A stretch of 64,000 nt of DNA from Tagaea sp. (GCA_965279525.1 CBDIIB010000005.1:352001-416000); one strand, 5' to 3'. Shown: positions 8,359 to 19,160, counted from the stretch's first letter. Program-made: numbers and translations. Notes: a model not told the origin generated them from the sequence alone.

Positions 8359-9155
8359 GCGAACCCGTCATCCGCGTCCGCAATCTCGTCACCCGCTTCG
8401 GCGCGCAGACGATCCATGACGGCGTCAATCTGGAAGTCCGGCGCGGCGAGATCCTCGCGATCGTCGGCGGCTCGGGAACCGGCAAGTCCGTCCTGCTGCG
8501 CACGATCCTGGGACTGAAGGCACCGGACGGCGGCACGGTCGAGGTGCTCGGCAAGAACCTCTCCGCACTCGACGACGACGCGCGGCGGCCGGTGCTCAAG
8601 CGCATGGGTGTCCTGTTCCAGGATGGCGCGCTGTTCAGCGCGCGCACCGTGGCCCAGAACATCCGGCTCCCCTTCTCGGAGCATACCGACCTCGACCACC
8701 GGCTGGTCACCCAGCTCATCCGCGTCAAGCTCGCGATGGTCGGGCTGCCGCAGGAGGCCGGCGCCAAGATCCCGGCCGAGCTGTCGGGCGGCATGCGCAA
8801 GCGCGCGGGACTGGCGCGCGCCATCGCCCTCGACCCCGACGTCCTGTTCCTCGACGAACCGACCGCCGGTCTCGACCCGATCGGGGCGGCGAAGTTCGAC
8901 GAGCTGATCCGCGACCTGCAGCGCTCGCTTTCGCTCAGCGTCGTGATGATCACGCACGACGTCGACACGCTCTGCGCGATCGCCGACCGCATCGCGGTCC
9001 TGCTCGACAAGAAGATGGTCGTCGGAACGCTGGACGAAATCCGCGCCTACCCCCATCCTTGGGTCCACGAGTACTTTTCCGGCCCGCGCGGACGCGCGGC
9101 GCAGACCGGGCGCTACGAGCCGGACGAAAAGACTTCGGACAGGAAGGACGCCTAG
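8355..9155 (+). CDS. mlaF: MlaF-family ABC ATPase
   Basis: Walker A GGSGTGKS, signature LSGGMRKR and FLDEPTAGLDP. ATGA overlap with mlaE. Confidence 0.9.
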   Translation: MSEPVIRVRNLVTRFGAQTIHDGVNLEVRRGEILAIVGGSGTGKSVLLRTILGLKAPDGGTVEVLGKNLSALDDDARRPVLKRMGVLFQDGALFSARTVAQNIRLPFSEHTDLDHRLVTQLIRVKLAMVGLPQEAGAKIPAELSGGMRKRAGLARAIALDPDVLFLDEPTAGLDPIGAAKFDELIRDLQRSLSLSVVMITHDVDTLCAIADRIAVLLDKKMVVGTLDEIRAYPHPWVHEYFSGPRGRAAQTGRYEPDEKTSDRKDA

Positions 9156-9157
9156 AG

Positions 9158-10141
9158 TTGGAAACGCGCGCCAATCATTTTCTCGTCGGCTGCTTCGTCC
9201 TGGCGCTGCTTGCGGGAGTCTTCGCCGCCGGCACCTGGTTCGCCCGGGCCAATCTCGGCGACGAGAGCACCTACTACTACACCTACTTCCGCGGCGCCGT
9301 GACCGGGCTGTCCCTGGGCTCGACCGTGCGCTACCGCGGCGTGCCGGTCGGCACGGTGTCGGACATCGCGATCGACGACCAGAACCTCGAACTCATCCAG
9401 GTCACGTTGGCGCTGCGCCCCGACACGCCCGTCCGGACCGACACGGTCGCGGGCCTGCAGCCGCAGGGCATCACGGGGCTTTCGTTCATCCAGCTCTCGG
9501 GCGGAACGCAGGCGGCCGAGCCGCTTCGCCCCCGTCCCGGCCGCCGGCGCGCGGTGATCCCGTCCATACCCTCGCCGCTCGACAAGATCATGAGCGATGC
9601 GCCCCTCGTCGTGGCGCGCGTGGCCGAACTCGCCGAGCGCATCACGGCCATGCTCAACGAGGAGAACGCCAAGAACATCGACCGGTTGATCGACAATTCG
9701 GCGGATGCGGCGGCAAGCCTCGCGCGCGCGATGCTCGGCATCGAGACCTTCGCCGGCAACATCGACCAGACGCTCAAGAACGTCGATCGCACGCTCGCCA
9801 ACGTCGACGGGCTGGCCGTCGACGCGCGGGCACTGATCGGCGAGGCGAACAGGCTTACTCGTTCGGCCGGAACGCTGACGCCGCAGGCCAATGCCATGAT
9901 CGAGGAAGTCCGGCGGACCGCCGGCAGCTTCGGCAGGGTCGCGGACGAGCTCGAGAAGATCGCTTCGGTGACCCGGCCCGGCGTCCAGGATTTCGGGCAG
10001 GCCGGGCTCTACGAAGTGCAGCAGTTCATGCTCGAAGGCCGTGCGCTCATGACGACGATAAACCGTGTCGTGACGAATTTCGAACGCGACCCGGCGCGCT
10101 TCCTGTTCGGCGACCAGCAGAAGGGACTAGAGGCGAAATGA
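9158..10141 (+). CDS. mlaD: MlaD/MCE-family protein
   Basis: TTG start, N-terminal TM segment, MCE motif GLSLGSTVRYRGVPVGTV and a helical C-terminus. Confidence 0.88.
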   Translation: METRANHFLVGCFVLALLAGVFAAGTWFARANLGDESTYYYTYFRGAVTGLSLGSTVRYRGVPVGTVSDIAIDDQNLELIQVTLALRPDTPVRTDTVAGLQPQGITGLSFIQLSGGTQAAEPLRPRPGRRRAVIPSIPSPLDKIMSDAPLVVARVAELAERITAMLNEENAKNIDRLIDNSADAAASLARAMLGIETFAGNIDQTLKNVDRTLANVDGLAVDARALIGEANRLTRSAGTLTPQANAMIEEVRRTAGSFGRVADELEKIASVTRPGVQDFGQAGLYEVQQFMLEGRALMTTINRVVTNFERDPARFLFGDQQKGLEAK

Positions 10142-10770
10142 CCGGCACGGCAAGCAGACTGGCACGGCGCGGTTTTCTCGGGCTCGGGGCGGGGGCTCTC
10201 GGCGCGTGCGCGCTGCCCGGCACCGGCGAGCCGCCGCGGCTTTTCACGCTGACGCCGAAATCGACGTTCGCCGCCGATCTGCCGCGCGTCGACTGGCAGC
10301 TCGCGATCGAGGCACCCGTGGCGCCGGGCGGCATCGACACGACGCGCATCGCCGTGCAGCGCACGCCGCTGACGCTCGACTATTTCGCCCGCGCCGCCTG
10401 GACCGATACGGCACCGCGCATGGTCCAGACGCTGCTGCTTGAAAGCTTCGAGAACACCGGCAAGCTCGTCGCGGTCGGGCGGGAATCATCGAGCCTGCGG
10501 CCGGACTACCTGCTGAAGGTCGATCTGCGCGAATTCCAGGCGGAGTTCCGCGGGGCGGCCGCACCGGTCGCGCGCGTGCGCCTGTCGGTCAGGCTCGTGC
10601 GCCTGCCCGAACGCACGGTCGTCGCGAGTTTCGCGCACGAGGGGATCGAGCCGGCCGCCGGACCGGAGATCGAGAAGGTCGTCGTGGCGTTCGACAACGC
10701 GCTCGGCTCGGTGTTGCGGCGTGTCGCGGAATGGACGCTGCGCACCGGGACGTCGCGCCCGCGGGGCTAG
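10138..10770 (+). CDS. ABC-type auxiliary lipoprotein (PqiC-like)
   Basis: Tat motif RRGFL, lipobox LGAC and YFARAAWTD motif; last gene of the MCE operon. Confidence 0.85.
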   Translation: MTGTASRLARRGFLGLGAGALGACALPGTGEPPRLFTLTPKSTFAADLPRVDWQLAIEAPVAPGGIDTTRIAVQRTPLTLDYFARAAWTDTAPRMVQTLLLESFENTGKLVAVGRESSSLRPDYLLKVDLREFQAEFRGAAAPVARVRLSVRLVRLPERTVVASFAHEGIEPAAGPEIEKVVVAFDNALGSVLRRVAEWTLRTGTSRPRG

Positions 10771-10777
10771 GCCCCGT

Positions 10778-11155
10778 TCAGGCCCGCATCCGGTTTTCGA
10801 TCGCGTCGCCGTCTTTGGGCCATTTGGCCCAGTCCGCCGGGCCCAGCCCGTATTTGTTTACATGCGCACGCGCGGCACCGGCGCCGACAAGCGTCACGAC
10901 CACCGCTTCGTGGCCGCGGGCGCACGCGTACATCAGCGCCGTGTTGCCGAACGCGTCGGGCGCGTCGACGGCCGCCCCGCGCGCCAGCAGCAGGTCGACC
11001 GCCTGTGCCTGGCCGCGCGCGGCCGCGCGCATCAAAGCCGTCAGCCCGCCGGCACCCGGTGCATCGGGACCGCCGCCGGTCGGATCGTCGAGGAGCCGGC
11101 CGATCGCCGCCAGGTCGCCGGCCTCGGCCGCGCGGATGAGCGCGTTCTTTTCCAT
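10778..11155 (-). CDS. Ankyrin-repeat protein
   Basis: Repeats GLTALMRAAARG and GNTALMYACARG. ATG at 11155. Confidence 0.85.
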   Translation of the reverse strand: MEKNALIRAAEAGDLAAIGRLLDDPTGGGPDAPGAGGLTALMRAAARGQAQAVDLLLARGAAVDAPDAFGNTALMYACARGHEAVVVTLVGAGAARAHVNKYGLGPADWAKWPKDGDAIENRMRA

Positions 11156-11258
11156 TCGAGGGCTAGGGAGCCCGATGCGGGCGGCTGCGTCAAGCACCGC
11201 TTGCGCAAGGTGCTGCCATCGGCGAACGTGCCGCATCCCAGCCACGCCGGAGACAGAC

Positions 11259-11528
11259 ATGCAGAGCGTTGCCGAGCGCATGCGCGCCAAGATCGAAGCC
11301 GCCTTCGCACCCGACGACTTCAAGATCACCGACGATTCGCACAAGCACGCCGGCCACGCCGGTGCCCGTCCCGGCGGCGAATCGCATTTCACGGTGTCGA
11401 TCGTCTCGGCCGCATTCGCCGGCAAGAGCCGCGTCGACCGCCAGCGGCTCGTGCACGCGGCGTTGGCCGACGAACTAGCAGGCCCGGTCCACGCCCTCGC
11501 TCTCGTCCTGCGTGCACCGGGCGAGTAA
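11259..11528 (+). CDS. bolA: BolA-family protein
   Basis: DDSHKHAGHAG...ESHF...S.AF.GKSRV.RQRLV...VHAL. Confidence 0.92.
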   Translation: MQSVAERMRAKIEAAFAPDDFKITDDSHKHAGHAGARPGGESHFTVSIVSAAFAGKSRVDRQRLVHAALADELAGPVHALALVLRAPGE

Positions 11529-11625
11529 CGCTGAAGCCTGCCGGCGCGGATTCTGCTCGACGGCCATACTACTTTAATGATATTTTTCTTTTTAGTTATT
11601 AAACCCTGAATATTCGGCGGCCGCG

Positions 11626-11880
11626 ATGGAACCCAAGCATCCCCGCAATATCCGGATCGAAGGCCAGCGCACGAGCATGCGTCTGGAAAGCAAGTTCTGG
11701 CTCGCACTCGCCGAGATCGCCGAGCGCTCGGGCATCAGCGTCCCGGCCCTTTGCGAGCGCATCCTGCGCGACGCGCATCGCGGCAACCGGACGTCGGCGA
11801 TCCGGGTCTTCGTGCTGAACTGGTTCCGTCTCGCGCGCACGCCCCACCACCCCCGGCGGCGGCGGCCGCTGCGGCACTAG
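11626..11880 (+). CDS. Ribbon-helix-helix domain protein
   Basis: RNIRIEGQRTSMRLE..FW.AL.EIA...NRTSAIRVFV. Confidence 0.85.
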   Translation: MEPKHPRNIRIEGQRTSMRLESKFWLALAEIAERSGISVPALCERILRDAHRGNRTSAIRVFVLNWFRLARTPHHPRRRRPLRH

Positions 11881-12428
11881 GTCGGTCCGGTATAGTGCCG
11901 GGGATAGTGTTCGCGCACGACCGGGCCGTCGCTGGCAAGCGCGTGGCAGGTGTCGAGGTGGTTCGGCTTCCTTTCCGACTTCGGCCTGTCGGCCGCGCGC
12001 ATCGGGAAGATCGTCTGGATGGCGGCGGTCGCCATGGCACCCAGCGCCAGTTCGACCAGGTGCGTGCAGCCCTGCACGCCGCCGAGCTTCTCCTTGACCT
12101 GGCCGTACCAGCCCTTGCCGATGCGCATGCCGACCAGCTTGCGGAATTCCGGCACGATCGCCGGACAGATCTCGAACGGGCTGTTGTCGGTCGCGGCCGC
12201 GACGTCGTGGACGAGAAGATCGTCGTCGAGCGTCAGGCGCAGCCACATCTCGTGGATGGGAACGCCGGGATGCACGGTCCCGCGCCACGCGTTCTCGAAC
12301 GGATAGGCCTTCGTGTCGACGAGATAGCCTTCGATGTCCCACAGCCCGTCGTCGCGCCGGAAGCCGTTGCACTCGATGCGTCTGGTATGGATCGGCTTGC
12401 GCGGGGCGGCGGGCGGGGGCAGCGGCAT
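11877..12428 (-). CDS. DUF2889-family protein
   Basis: IHTRRI...FRRDDGLWDIEG, GGVQGCTHL.EL and LDTCHAL motifs. Confidence 0.85.
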   Translation of the reverse strand: MPLPPPAAPRKPIHTRRIECNGFRRDDGLWDIEGYLVDTKAYPFENAWRGTVHPGVPIHEMWLRLTLDDDLLVHDVAAATDNSPFEICPAIVPEFRKLVGMRIGKGWYGQVKEKLGGVQGCTHLVELALGAMATAAIQTIFPMRAADRPKSERKPNHLDTCHALASDGPVVREHYPRHYTGPT

Positions 12429-12495
12429 GGGAAGCGGTCTCCGGGCGGGGTTGCCGCCCGATGATCGCGCGTCCGCGGACCGAACGCAAAAGCCT

Positions 12496-12948
12496 TCAGG
12501 TCAGCCCGTAGCCGGCCGAACCCGAAATGAACGCGTCGCGTTCCTTGAGCCCTTCCTCGAGCTCGCCAAGGGCGGTCGAGTAGAGATCGCGCACCGAAAC
12601 CATGCCGATCAGCCGGCCCGCGTCCATCACCGGCAGGTGGCGGTAGCCGCGCTTGCGCATCATGTCGAGTGCGGCGAACGCCGTCTCGTCCGGGCCGATC
12701 GTGTCGGGATCGCGCGTCATCACTTCGGCAAGGCGGAGCGTGTCGGGGTCGCGCTTCATGGCGACGACCTTCGAGAGCAGGTCGCGCTCGGTGAAGATCC
12801 CGACCAGCCGCGCCCCGTCGATCACCATCACGGCGCCGATGCGCCGCTGGGCCATCGCCAGGGCTGCTTCGCGGACGGTCATGTTTGCACTGGCCGTGGC
12901 CAGGTTCTGGGTCCCGGAAATTACGTCGGGCACGATCTTGCGGATCAT
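12496..12948 (-). CDS. CBS-domain protein
   Basis: Paired CBS motifs LVGIFTERD and RHLPV..GMVSVRD. ATG at 12948 with GGGAGA upstream. Confidence 0.88.
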   Translation of the reverse strand: MIRKIVPDVISGTQNLATASANMTVREAALAMAQRRIGAVMVIDGARLVGIFTERDLLSKVVAMKRDPDTLRLAEVMTRDPDTIGPDETAFAALDMMRKRGYRHLPVMDAGRLIGMVSVRDLYSTALGELEEGLKERDAFISGSAGYGLT

Positions 12949-13069
12949 CTGTTTCTCCCTTCGTCGGACTGTCGCCACGTCGAGGGACGGTCTTGCGCCG
13001 CCTTTGGACATGATGATAGCGCCCGGAAGGGCGGCATTGGCAAGTCCAGAGTCAGGGGCAAGCCCCGAG

Positions 13070-14440
13070 TCAGGCGACCGATTCGGGTGCCGATTCAGCG
13101 GCCTTGGCTGCAGACGGCACCTTTTGCGTCGCCGCATCCGCGATGACGCTGATGCGCAGCGTCGCGACCTGATTTCTCTTGCGGCGCAATATCTCGAAGC
13201 GCAGCCCGTGGAACAGGAAAACCTGGCCCACCTCGGGGATCCGGCGCGACTCGTAGAGGACCAGTCCCGCGATCGTCGCGGCGTCGGCGTCGGGCAGGCG
13301 CCAGTCGAACTGGCGGTTGATGTCGCGGATCGTCACGCTGCCGTCCACGACGAAGCTGCCGTCGGTCTGCGGGCGCACGCCGGGCACGCGGAACTCGTGC
13401 TTCTCGTCGATGTCCCCGACGATCTCCTCGAGGATGTCCTCCAGCGTCACGACGCCCATCAGCCCGCCATACTCGTCCACGACAAGCGCGAAATGCTCGC
13501 GCCGGCGGCGGAACGCCTCGAGCTGGTCGAGCAGGCTGGTCGAGTCCGGGATGAACCAGGGTCGCGTGGCGATCTGGGTGATGTCGATCGTGGACGGATC
13601 GCCGCCGTTGGCACGAAGCGCGGAAAGCAGCGCCTTGGCATGCAGCACGCCCACCACGTTGTCCGGCGTTCCGCGCCAGAGCGGGATGCGCGTATGCGGG
13701 CTCGACAACGCCTGCTCGAGGATCGCTTCGGGCTTCTGGTCGGCGTCGATCGCCACGACGAGCCGGCGATGGACCATGATGTCCGACACGCTGACGTCGG
13801 CAAGGTCCAGCACCGAGCGCAGCATCTGGCGCTCCTTGCGCACCGTGGCGTCGCGGTGGGCGGCCCCGTGCAGTTCGATGGCGCCGCGAAGCTCCTCGGC
13901 GGCCGCTTCGGCTTCCTCGTCGGCTTCCCGCACGCGCACGCCCAGCAGCCAAAGCATGCCGCGGGCGGCGCCGCCGGTCGCATTGGCAAGCGGCGACAGG
14001 ACGGCGACCATGCCGCGCGCGAAGGGGGCAAGGATCAGCGCCACGCGGTCGGCATGCGCGAAGGCCCAGAGCTTGGGCATCACCTCGCCGAAGACGACGA
14101 CCAGAACGGTCATGATGACGGTCGCGTAGAGCACGCCGGCGTCGCCGAAGAGCGCGATGAGGGCGCTCGTCGTCAGGGCCGATCCCAGGATGTTGACGAG
14201 GTTGTTGCCGAGCAGCACGGCGCTGATGAACTTGTCGCGCTGGACGCGCAGGCGGTTGACGAGGCCGGCCCGCTTCGACCCGCGGCGCTCCATCTCGGCC
14301 AGCCGCGGACGCGAAGCCGACGTGATCGACGTCTCGACGGCCGAAAGCAGGGCCGCGATCACAAGCAGCGTCAGAACGGCCGCGATCGTGAACCAGCCGG
14401 GAAGATCGGGAAACTCGAAGCTCATGCCGTCCATGCTCAT
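13070..14440 (-). CDS. HlyC/CorC (CNNM) family transporter
   Basis: DUF21 motifs (LLGNNLVN, FGEVMPK), a CBS pair (VVDEYG..TLEDILEEIVG) and a CorC C-terminus. ATGA overlap with aroB. Confidence 0.9.
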   Translation of the reverse strand: MSMDGMSFEFPDLPGWFTIAAVLTLLVIAALLSAVETSITSASRPRLAEMERRGSKRAGLVNRLRVQRDKFISAVLLGNNLVNILGSALTTSALIALFGDAGVLYATVIMTVLVVVFGEVMPKLWAFAHADRVALILAPFARGMVAVLSPLANATGGAARGMLWLLGVRVREADEEAEAAAEELRGAIELHGAAHRDATVRKERQMLRSVLDLADVSVSDIMVHRRLVVAIDADQKPEAILEQALSSPHTRIPLWRGTPDNVVGVLHAKALLSALRANGGDPSTIDITQIATRPWFIPDSTSLLDQLEAFRRRREHFALVVDEYGGLMGVVTLEDILEEIVGDIDEKHEFRVPGVRPQTDGSFVVDGSVTIRDINRQFDWRLPDADAATIAGLVLYESRRIPEVGQVFLFHGLRFEILRRKRNQVATLRISVIADAATQKVPSAAKAAESAPESVA

Positions 14441-15549
14441 GCCGCGGCCTCTTCGGCCAACATATCGCGCACGCGCGCGATGTCGACGCCGGTCGCGACG
14501 AACGACCTGCCGATGCCGCGCGCGAGGATGAACGTGACCTTGCCGTCGCGCACCTTCTTGTCGTGTCCCATATGGACGACGAGATCGTCGGCGCGCCAGG
14601 CGCGCTGTCGGGCGAGGCCGACCGGCAGGCCGGTCGCGTCCAGATGCCGGCGCACGCGCACCGCATCGTCCGACGGGCAGAAGCCGAGGCGGACGGACAG
14701 GTCGAAGGCCATGCGCATGCCGATCGCCACGGCCTCGCCGTGCAGCAGTTCGGCACCAAAGCCGGTCTCGGCTTCGAGCGCGTGACCGAACGTGTGGCCC
14801 AGATTGAGGAGGGCGCGCACGCCGTTCTCGCGCTCGTCGGCGGCGACGATGCGCGCCTTGGCGCGGCACGACACGGCCACCGCATGCGCGCGAAGCGCCA
14901 CGTCGCCCGCAAGCATCTCAGCCGAATTTTTCTCGCACCAGTCGAAGAAACCCGGCTCGTCGATCAGGCCGTACTTCACCACTTCGGCGTAGCCGGCGAG
15001 GAGTTCGCGCTGGGGCAGCGTGTCGAGCGTACCAAGGTCGCACAGCACGAGGCGTGGCTGGTGGAAGGCGCCGATCAGGTTCTTGCCATGGCGCGTGTTG
15101 ACGCCGGTCTTGCCGCCGACCGAACTGTCGACCTGGGAGAGCAGCGTCGTCGGGCACTGGACGAAATCCACGCCGCGCAGGAGCAGCGAGGCGGCGACAC
15201 CCGTCATGTCGCCGACCACGCCGCCGCCAAGGGCCAGCAGCAGGTCGCCGCGCTCGGGCCGGCGTTCGAGGATGCGGTCGAGCAGCACGCCCAGATGCGC
15301 GAAATCCTTCGACGTCTCGCCGGGGGCCTGGAGGAACGTCTCGCTCGCGATCCCCGCCTTGGCGAGGCCCGCTTCGAGGCGCGGCAGGTGGGCCGCCGCC
15401 ACACGCGTGTCGCTGACGACGAAGACGCGCCGGACGGCGCGTACCGCACGGATCGACTCGCCCGCGGTCTCGAGCAGGCCGTTGCCGATCAGGATGTCGT
15501 AGCCGCGCTCGCCAAGTTCGACGCGCACGCGTTCGGTCGAACCGCTCAT
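14437..15549 (-). CDS. aroB: 3-dehydroquinate synthase
   Basis: [34 protein letters not shown] and HGEAVA. Confidence 0.95.
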   Translation of the reverse strand: MSGSTERVRVELGERGYDILIGNGLLETAGESIRAVRAVRRVFVVSDTRVAAAHLPRLEAGLAKAGIASETFLQAPGETSKDFAHLGVLLDRILERRPERGDLLLALGGGVVGDMTGVAASLLLRGVDFVQCPTTLLSQVDSSVGGKTGVNTRHGKNLIGAFHQPRLVLCDLGTLDTLPQRELLAGYAEVVKYGLIDEPGFFDWCEKNSAEMLAGDVALRAHAVAVSCRAKARIVAADERENGVRALLNLGHTFGHALEAETGFGAELLHGEAVAIGMRMAFDLSVRLGFCPSDDAVRVRRHLDATGLPVGLARQRAWRADDLVVHMGHDKKVRDGKVTFILARGIGRSFVATGVDIARVRDMLAEEAAA

Positions 15550-16139
15550 GTCCGGTCCGCCGTTTCGAAATGCCGGGTCAGTGCATCGACGACGCGCGAC
15601 GTCGTCTCGTCGGGCGGCGATTCGAGCGACTGCACGTGGATGTCGGCTTGCGCATAGACCGGATAGCGCGTCTCCATCAGGCCCGCGAGGATCTCGCGCG
15701 GGTCGCCGCTGTGCAGCAGCGGCCGGTTCGTGCGCCGCGCGGTCCGCCGGACCAGCGTGTCGAGATCGGCCCGGAGCCAAATCGAAAGGCCGGCCGCCTT
15801 GACCGCCGCACGCGTGTCCGCGTCCATGAAGGCGCCGCCGCCCGTCGCCAGCACGCAGCGTGGGCCCGCGAGCAGGCGCGCGATCACGCGCCGTTCGCCG
15901 TCGCGGAAGGCCGGTTCGCCGAAGCGCGCGAAGATTTCCGGGATGGTGCAGCCGGCAGCCTGTTCGATTTCCTTGTCTGTGTCGACGAAGGGCAGATCCA
16001 GGCGTGCGGCCAGTCGCTTGCCGATCGCGGTCTTGCCTGCCCCCATCAGCCCGACCATGACGATCGAGCGGTCGACCGGCGGCAGTCCGGAGCGCACCGC
16101 CGGGGAAGCCGGCAGTTCGTTTTGGGTCGCATCGATCAT
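15546..16139 (-). CDS. aroK: Shikimate kinase
   Basis: [18 protein letters not shown] and RPLL. Confidence 0.95.
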   Translation of the reverse strand: MIDATQNELPASPAVRSGLPPVDRSIVMVGLMGAGKTAIGKRLAARLDLPFVDTDKEIEQAAGCTIPEIFARFGEPAFRDGERRVIARLLAGPRCVLATGGGAFMDADTRAAVKAAGLSIWLRADLDTLVRRTARRTNRPLLHSGDPREILAGLMETRYPVYAQADIHVQSLESPPDETTSRVVDALTRHFETADRT

Positions 16140-16314
16140 GGCGGCTAGACCGGGGACGCGAATCGCCGTTCCGGTGTTTCAAACCGGGTCTGGGCTTCGC
16201 CTTTCCTCTTGCACGGGCGCGTCATAAACCGGAGTGTAGCAAAGCACGGCCCGACTCGCACGGCTCGCCGTTCGAATCCCGTGTTATGATTTTAAAACAA
16301 GGACTTGTACGGAT

Positions 16315-16455
16315 ATGCGTCGCCCGCTTGCGCTGGCTCTGATCGGCCTTCTGGTCATTCTCGCCGGCTTCGTGGCCTTCCTCGCCACCTGGGAAATCCC
16401 CGCGCCGACCGCGCGCATCGAAAAGACCATCCCCAATGACCGCCTTCCCCGCTAG
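16315..16455 (+). CDS. Small single-TM protein (46 aa; absent from the ORF track)
   Basis: ATG 16315 to TAG 16455: MRRPLALALIGLLVILAGFVAFLATWEIPAPTARIEKTIPNDRLPR. Host-like codon usage; overlaps the start of the next gene. Confidence 0.7.
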   Translation: MRRPLALALIGLLVILAGFVAFLATWEIPAPTARIEKTIPNDRLPR

Positions 16456-18214
16456 GCCCCGCCCCCTCGTGCTTGCCCTGCTGGCCGGCCTCGCCGCCGG
16501 CCCGGCCTTCGGCCAGGGCACGCCGATGCCCCTGCTGGTGCCGCCGGGCCGCGAAGCGCCGCGACCGGCCGCTCCGCCGGAGCCGGCCGCAGGCCCGGCC
16601 CTGCGCGGTCCCGCCGGCATCGAGATCGAGAACGCGCGGCCGATGGACACCGAAGGCGTGGGCCTCATCGATGCGGCCAATGGCGGTCTTGCCGCCGAAG
16701 CCTGGGCGACCAGCAACCGCGCCCTGGCCGAGCGGCTGGTCCGCGACCTGCCGGCCCCCATCGCCTCGACGCCGGCGCGGGCACTCGCGACGCGCGCCCT
16801 CGTCTCGGCAAGCGGTGCGCCGGCCGGCGACAGCAAGACGAATTTCGCCGCCCTTCGCGCCCTCAAGCTGCGCCAGATCGGCGACATCGCTGCGGCGGCG
16901 GATCTCGCCGGGCGCATCCCGCAGCGCACCGGCGACGAGAACCTGCTGCGCATCCTGATCGACGAAGCCTGGCTTGCCGGGGCCGACGAGCGCGCCTGCG
17001 GCCATGTGCGCGAAGCGCTCGCCGTCTCGCGCCACGCGGATTTCCAGAAGGCGCTGATGTTCTGCCAGGCGCTTGCCGGCGATTCCAACCGCGCCCAGCT
17101 CGGCCTTGCCATGCTGCGCGACCAGGGCGTGCCGGAAGACGCCGCCTTCGTCACGCTGCTGCTTGCCGCCGGCGGCGACGGCAAGGGCATCAAGGTCGAT
17201 ACCTTGCGCAACGCAAGCCCGCTGTCGCTGGCGATGCTGCGTTCGGCGAAGGTCGCGCCGCCGGCCGATACGGCCCAGTCGGCCGATCCTGCGGTGCTCG
17301 CGAGCCTTGCCAAAGGCAGCCTCGGCACGCCGGAGTTCCGCCTTGCGGCCGGCGAGCGCGCCGAAGCCTTCGGCGTGCTTGCCGCCGAGGCACTGGGCGA
17401 ACTCTACGCGGCCATCGAACTCACGCCGGCCCAGATGAACGATGCCGCCGCCTTCGCGCGCCAGGACGGCGGGCCGAAGGGGCGGGCCGCCCTCTATAAG
17501 GCCGCGAAGGCGGCGACGGATCCGGCCCAGCGCCTGGCCGCCCTCCAGCGCCTGTGGCGTCATGGCCGCGAACGCGGCGGCTATGCCACGCTCGCGCGCG
17601 TCAGCCTTGGCCTGCTCGCCGATGTCCCGGCATCGCCCGAGCATGCGGCCGCCGCCGGCGACGTCGCGCGTGCCCTGCTGATGGCGGGGCGCGAGGACGA
17701 CGCACTTGGCTGGATGCGCTTCGCGCGCGCCGCCCAGATCGGCGGCAACGCCGATGCCGAGACGCAGGTCGCCGGCTTCTGGCTGCTGGCCACGCTGGGC
17801 GGATTGCAGTGGGACGGCCCGCGCGATCCCGCCCGCCTCGACGCGTGGCGCCAGGCACAGGAACGCATCGACGCGCGCGCGGCACCCGCACGCGCCGCAC
17901 TCGGCATCACGCTGCTGAGCGGCCTTGGCCACCTGCCGCCGGGTGGTGCCGTGATCGCGCTTGTGCAAGGCCCGTTCGAACGGCTGAGCGTGCCGATGCC
18001 AAGCCCCGTGCTGTGGACCGGCCTGCACGAAGCCGCGATCGGCGGGCGCACCGCCGAGACCGCGTTGCTGGCGGTCCATCTGCTGGGGGCCGAAGGTGCC
18101 GCAGGCGCCAGTCCCTATGCGCTGCTCGCCGTCCTCGACGGGCTGCGCGCCGTCGGCTTCGAGGAGACCGCACGCCGGCTCGCCCTCGAAGCGGCGATCG
18201 CGTCGGGGCTCTAG
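16436..18214 (+). CDS. Exported alpha-helical hypothetical protein
   Basis: 592-aa ORF with a signal peptide (..AGPAFG), a Pro-rich linker and an Ala-rich helical body; directly upstream of xerD. Confidence 0.75.
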   Translation: MTAFPARPRPLVLALLAGLAAGPAFGQGTPMPLLVPPGREAPRPAAPPEPAAGPALRGPAGIEIENARPMDTEGVGLIDAANGGLAAEAWATSNRALAERLVRDLPAPIASTPARALATRALVSASGAPAGDSKTNFAALRALKLRQIGDIAAAADLAGRIPQRTGDENLLRILIDEAWLAGADERACGHVREALAVSRHADFQKALMFCQALAGDSNRAQLGLAMLRDQGVPEDAAFVTLLLAAGGDGKGIKVDTLRNASPLSLAMLRSAKVAPPADTAQSADPAVLASLAKGSLGTPEFRLAAGERAEAFGVLAAEALGELYAAIELTPAQMNDAAAFARQDGGPKGRAALYKAAKAATDPAQRLAALQRLWRHGRERGGYATLARVSLGLLADVPASPEHAAAAGDVARALLMAGREDDALGWMRFARAAQIGGNADAETQVAGFWLLATLGGLQWDGPRDPARLDAWRQAQERIDARAAPARAALGITLLSGLGHLPPGGAVIALVQGPFERLSVPMPSPVLWTGLHEAAIGGRTAETALLAVHLLGAEGAAGASPYALLAVLDGLRAVGFEETARRLALEAAIASGL

Positions 18215-18218
18215 GCGC

Positions 18219-19160
18219 ATGGCGCGCGGCCGGCCGGCAGGTGCGAAAGCCGGCCTGTCGGCGCCCGCGGAAAACTTCATCGAGATGCTGCGCGCGACAC
18301 GCAACGCATCGGCCAATACCGAGCGCGCCTATCGCGGCGACATCGCGGATTACGAAAGCTTCCTCGGGAAACGCGGGGCAAGCGCGCTCGACGTCGATGC
18401 CGCTGCGGCGCGTGCCTACCTGAAGCAGATCGCACAGGCGGGACTTGCGCCGCGCAGTGCGGCCCGCCGGCTTTCGGCCTTGCGCCAGATGCACCGCTTC
18501 CTCGTCTCCGAAGGGCTGCGCGCCGACGATCCGCTCGCCACGCTGGACGCACCGCGCGTGGGCCGGGCGCTCCCGAAGATCCTGTCGGAGGACGAGGTGC
18601 GCGCCCTCCTCGATGCCGCGAAGGCGCTTGACGGGATCGACGGCACGCGCCTCGTGTGCATCCTCGAGATCCTCTATTCGAGCGGGCTGCGCGTCTCCGA
18701 ACTCGCGGGGCTGAAGCTTGCTTCGCTGTCGCGCGACGGGCGCTTCCTGATCGTGCGCGGCAAGGGCGACAAGGAACGCCTGATCCCGCTCGCTGCCCCG
18801 GCCCTTGCCGCCCTCGAAGCGTGGCGGGCCGCCCGCACGCGCGAGTTCCCGCTCGCCGCCAAGTCACGCTTCCTGTTCCCCACGCGCGCCGTCTCCGGCC
18901 ACCTGACGCCGGCGCGCATCGCGCAGCTGCTGAAGGCGCTGGCCCCGAAGGCCGGGATCGATCCGCGCCGGCTGTCGCCCCACGTGCTGCGCCATGCCTT
19001 CGCGAGCCATCTCGTCGACCGCGGGGCGGACCTGCGCGCCGTCCAGCAGATGCTGGGCCACGCCGACATCGCGACCACGCAGATCTACACGCATGTCGGC
19101 GGCGAGCGCCTGAAACGCCTTGTCGCCACGCACCATCCGCTTGCCCGTCGGCGCCACTAG
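18219..19160 (+). CDS. xerD: Tyrosine recombinase XerD
   Basis: LYSSGLRVSEL, VRGKGDKER, SPHVLRHAFASHL and LGHADIATTQIYTHV. Typical aroK...xerD...accA context. Confidence 0.9.
   Translation: MARGRPAGAKAGLSAPAENFIEMLRATRNASANTERAYRGDIADYESFLGKRGASALDVDAAAARAYLKQIAQAGLAPRSAARRLSALRQMHRFLVSEGLRADDPLATLDAPRVGRALPKILSEDEVRALLDAAKALDGIDGTRLVCILEILYSSGLRVSELAGLKLASLSRDGRFLIVRGKGDKERLIPLAAPALAALEAWRAARTREFPLAAKSRFLFPTRAVSGHLTPARIAQLLKALAPKAGIDPRRLSPHVLRHAFASHLVDRGADLRAVQQMLGHADIATTQIYTHVGGERLKRLVATHHPLARRRH

Noticed and set aside
18219-19160. Second mobile-element integrase
   Set aside because: XerD signatures, host-like composition and a housekeeping neighbourhood indicate the chromosomal resolvase.
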